From contig PDIP01000011.1 of the NCBI GenBank assembly GCA_002811645.1, positions 128,435 to 192,434 of the forward strand: a stretch of DNA of 64,000 bases, in the 5' to 3' direction. The notes under the pieces were generated by a model. It searched no databases and was not told the DNA's origin. It saw nothing but the letters and a program-made list of their open reading frames with translations. Shown here piece by piece: positions 63,701 to 64,000 of this stretch (positions are counted from its first letter, which is position 1; every line of letters begins with the position of its first letter). The position numbers and the translations under genes are program-made. This stretch comes from Corallochytrium limacisporum Hawaii. Its lineage: Eukaryota; Protista; Pluriformea.

Positions 63701-64000
63701 AAAGGGTCTCATGTAGGGTTGGAACGCTGTGCGGGTGTAGCTGCGCAATTGCTTCTAGCTTAGCAGGGTATATTAAGTGTCAATATAGTTCAGTTTCCTT
63801 GAAATATCAAAAGGATAATATTCTTTGGCAAGGTGGCCTCTTTTAGATCTTTTTGGTTGTTAGTTTATTATGTAGCATTGGGCCCAAGAAAATCAGAATT
63901 TGTATATTGGAAGACGTTTGGGTCCCGTTAGTTCAGCTTCGCGCCTTCTGCAGAAATCTATGAAAAGAGGCACAAGAAACTAGACACGTGAAGGTGGGAG

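Overview
Gene-dense, almost intron-free eukaryotic nuclear DNA. A Csk-type SH3-SH2-tyrosine kinase and G-beta together with complete aromatic amino-acid enzymes point to a unicellular holozoan, possibly Corallochytrium-like (inference). About 22 protein genes are supported: an LRR protein, TrpG, TrpE, class II DAHP synthase, ODC, enkurin domain, selenoprotein K, G-beta, cyclin-like, SCYL1, ACBD3, enolase, a mitochondrial carrier, a UROS-like protein, ARPC3, Pol I largest subunit, Arp5, a P5B ATPase, a winged-helix/Cys-rich protein, Csk-like kinase and two orphans. Main finding: an initiator tRNA-Met gene (37970-38130, minus strand) split by two introns. One is canonical (37/38). The other is at 43/44, defined by a strict archaeal-type bulge-helix-bulge (BHB) that uses the end of the first intron, and the precursor's leader and trailer pair into a ~24-bp stem. 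Other findings: an operon-like ORF-trpE-trpG array facing a DAHP synthase, an ...EPS-stop polyamine-sensor-type uORF before ODC, a UGA-recoded SelK with a possible splice switch at its stop codon, and poly(C)/poly(G) tracts marking promoter-side spacers. All structures were folded by eye; no searches were run.
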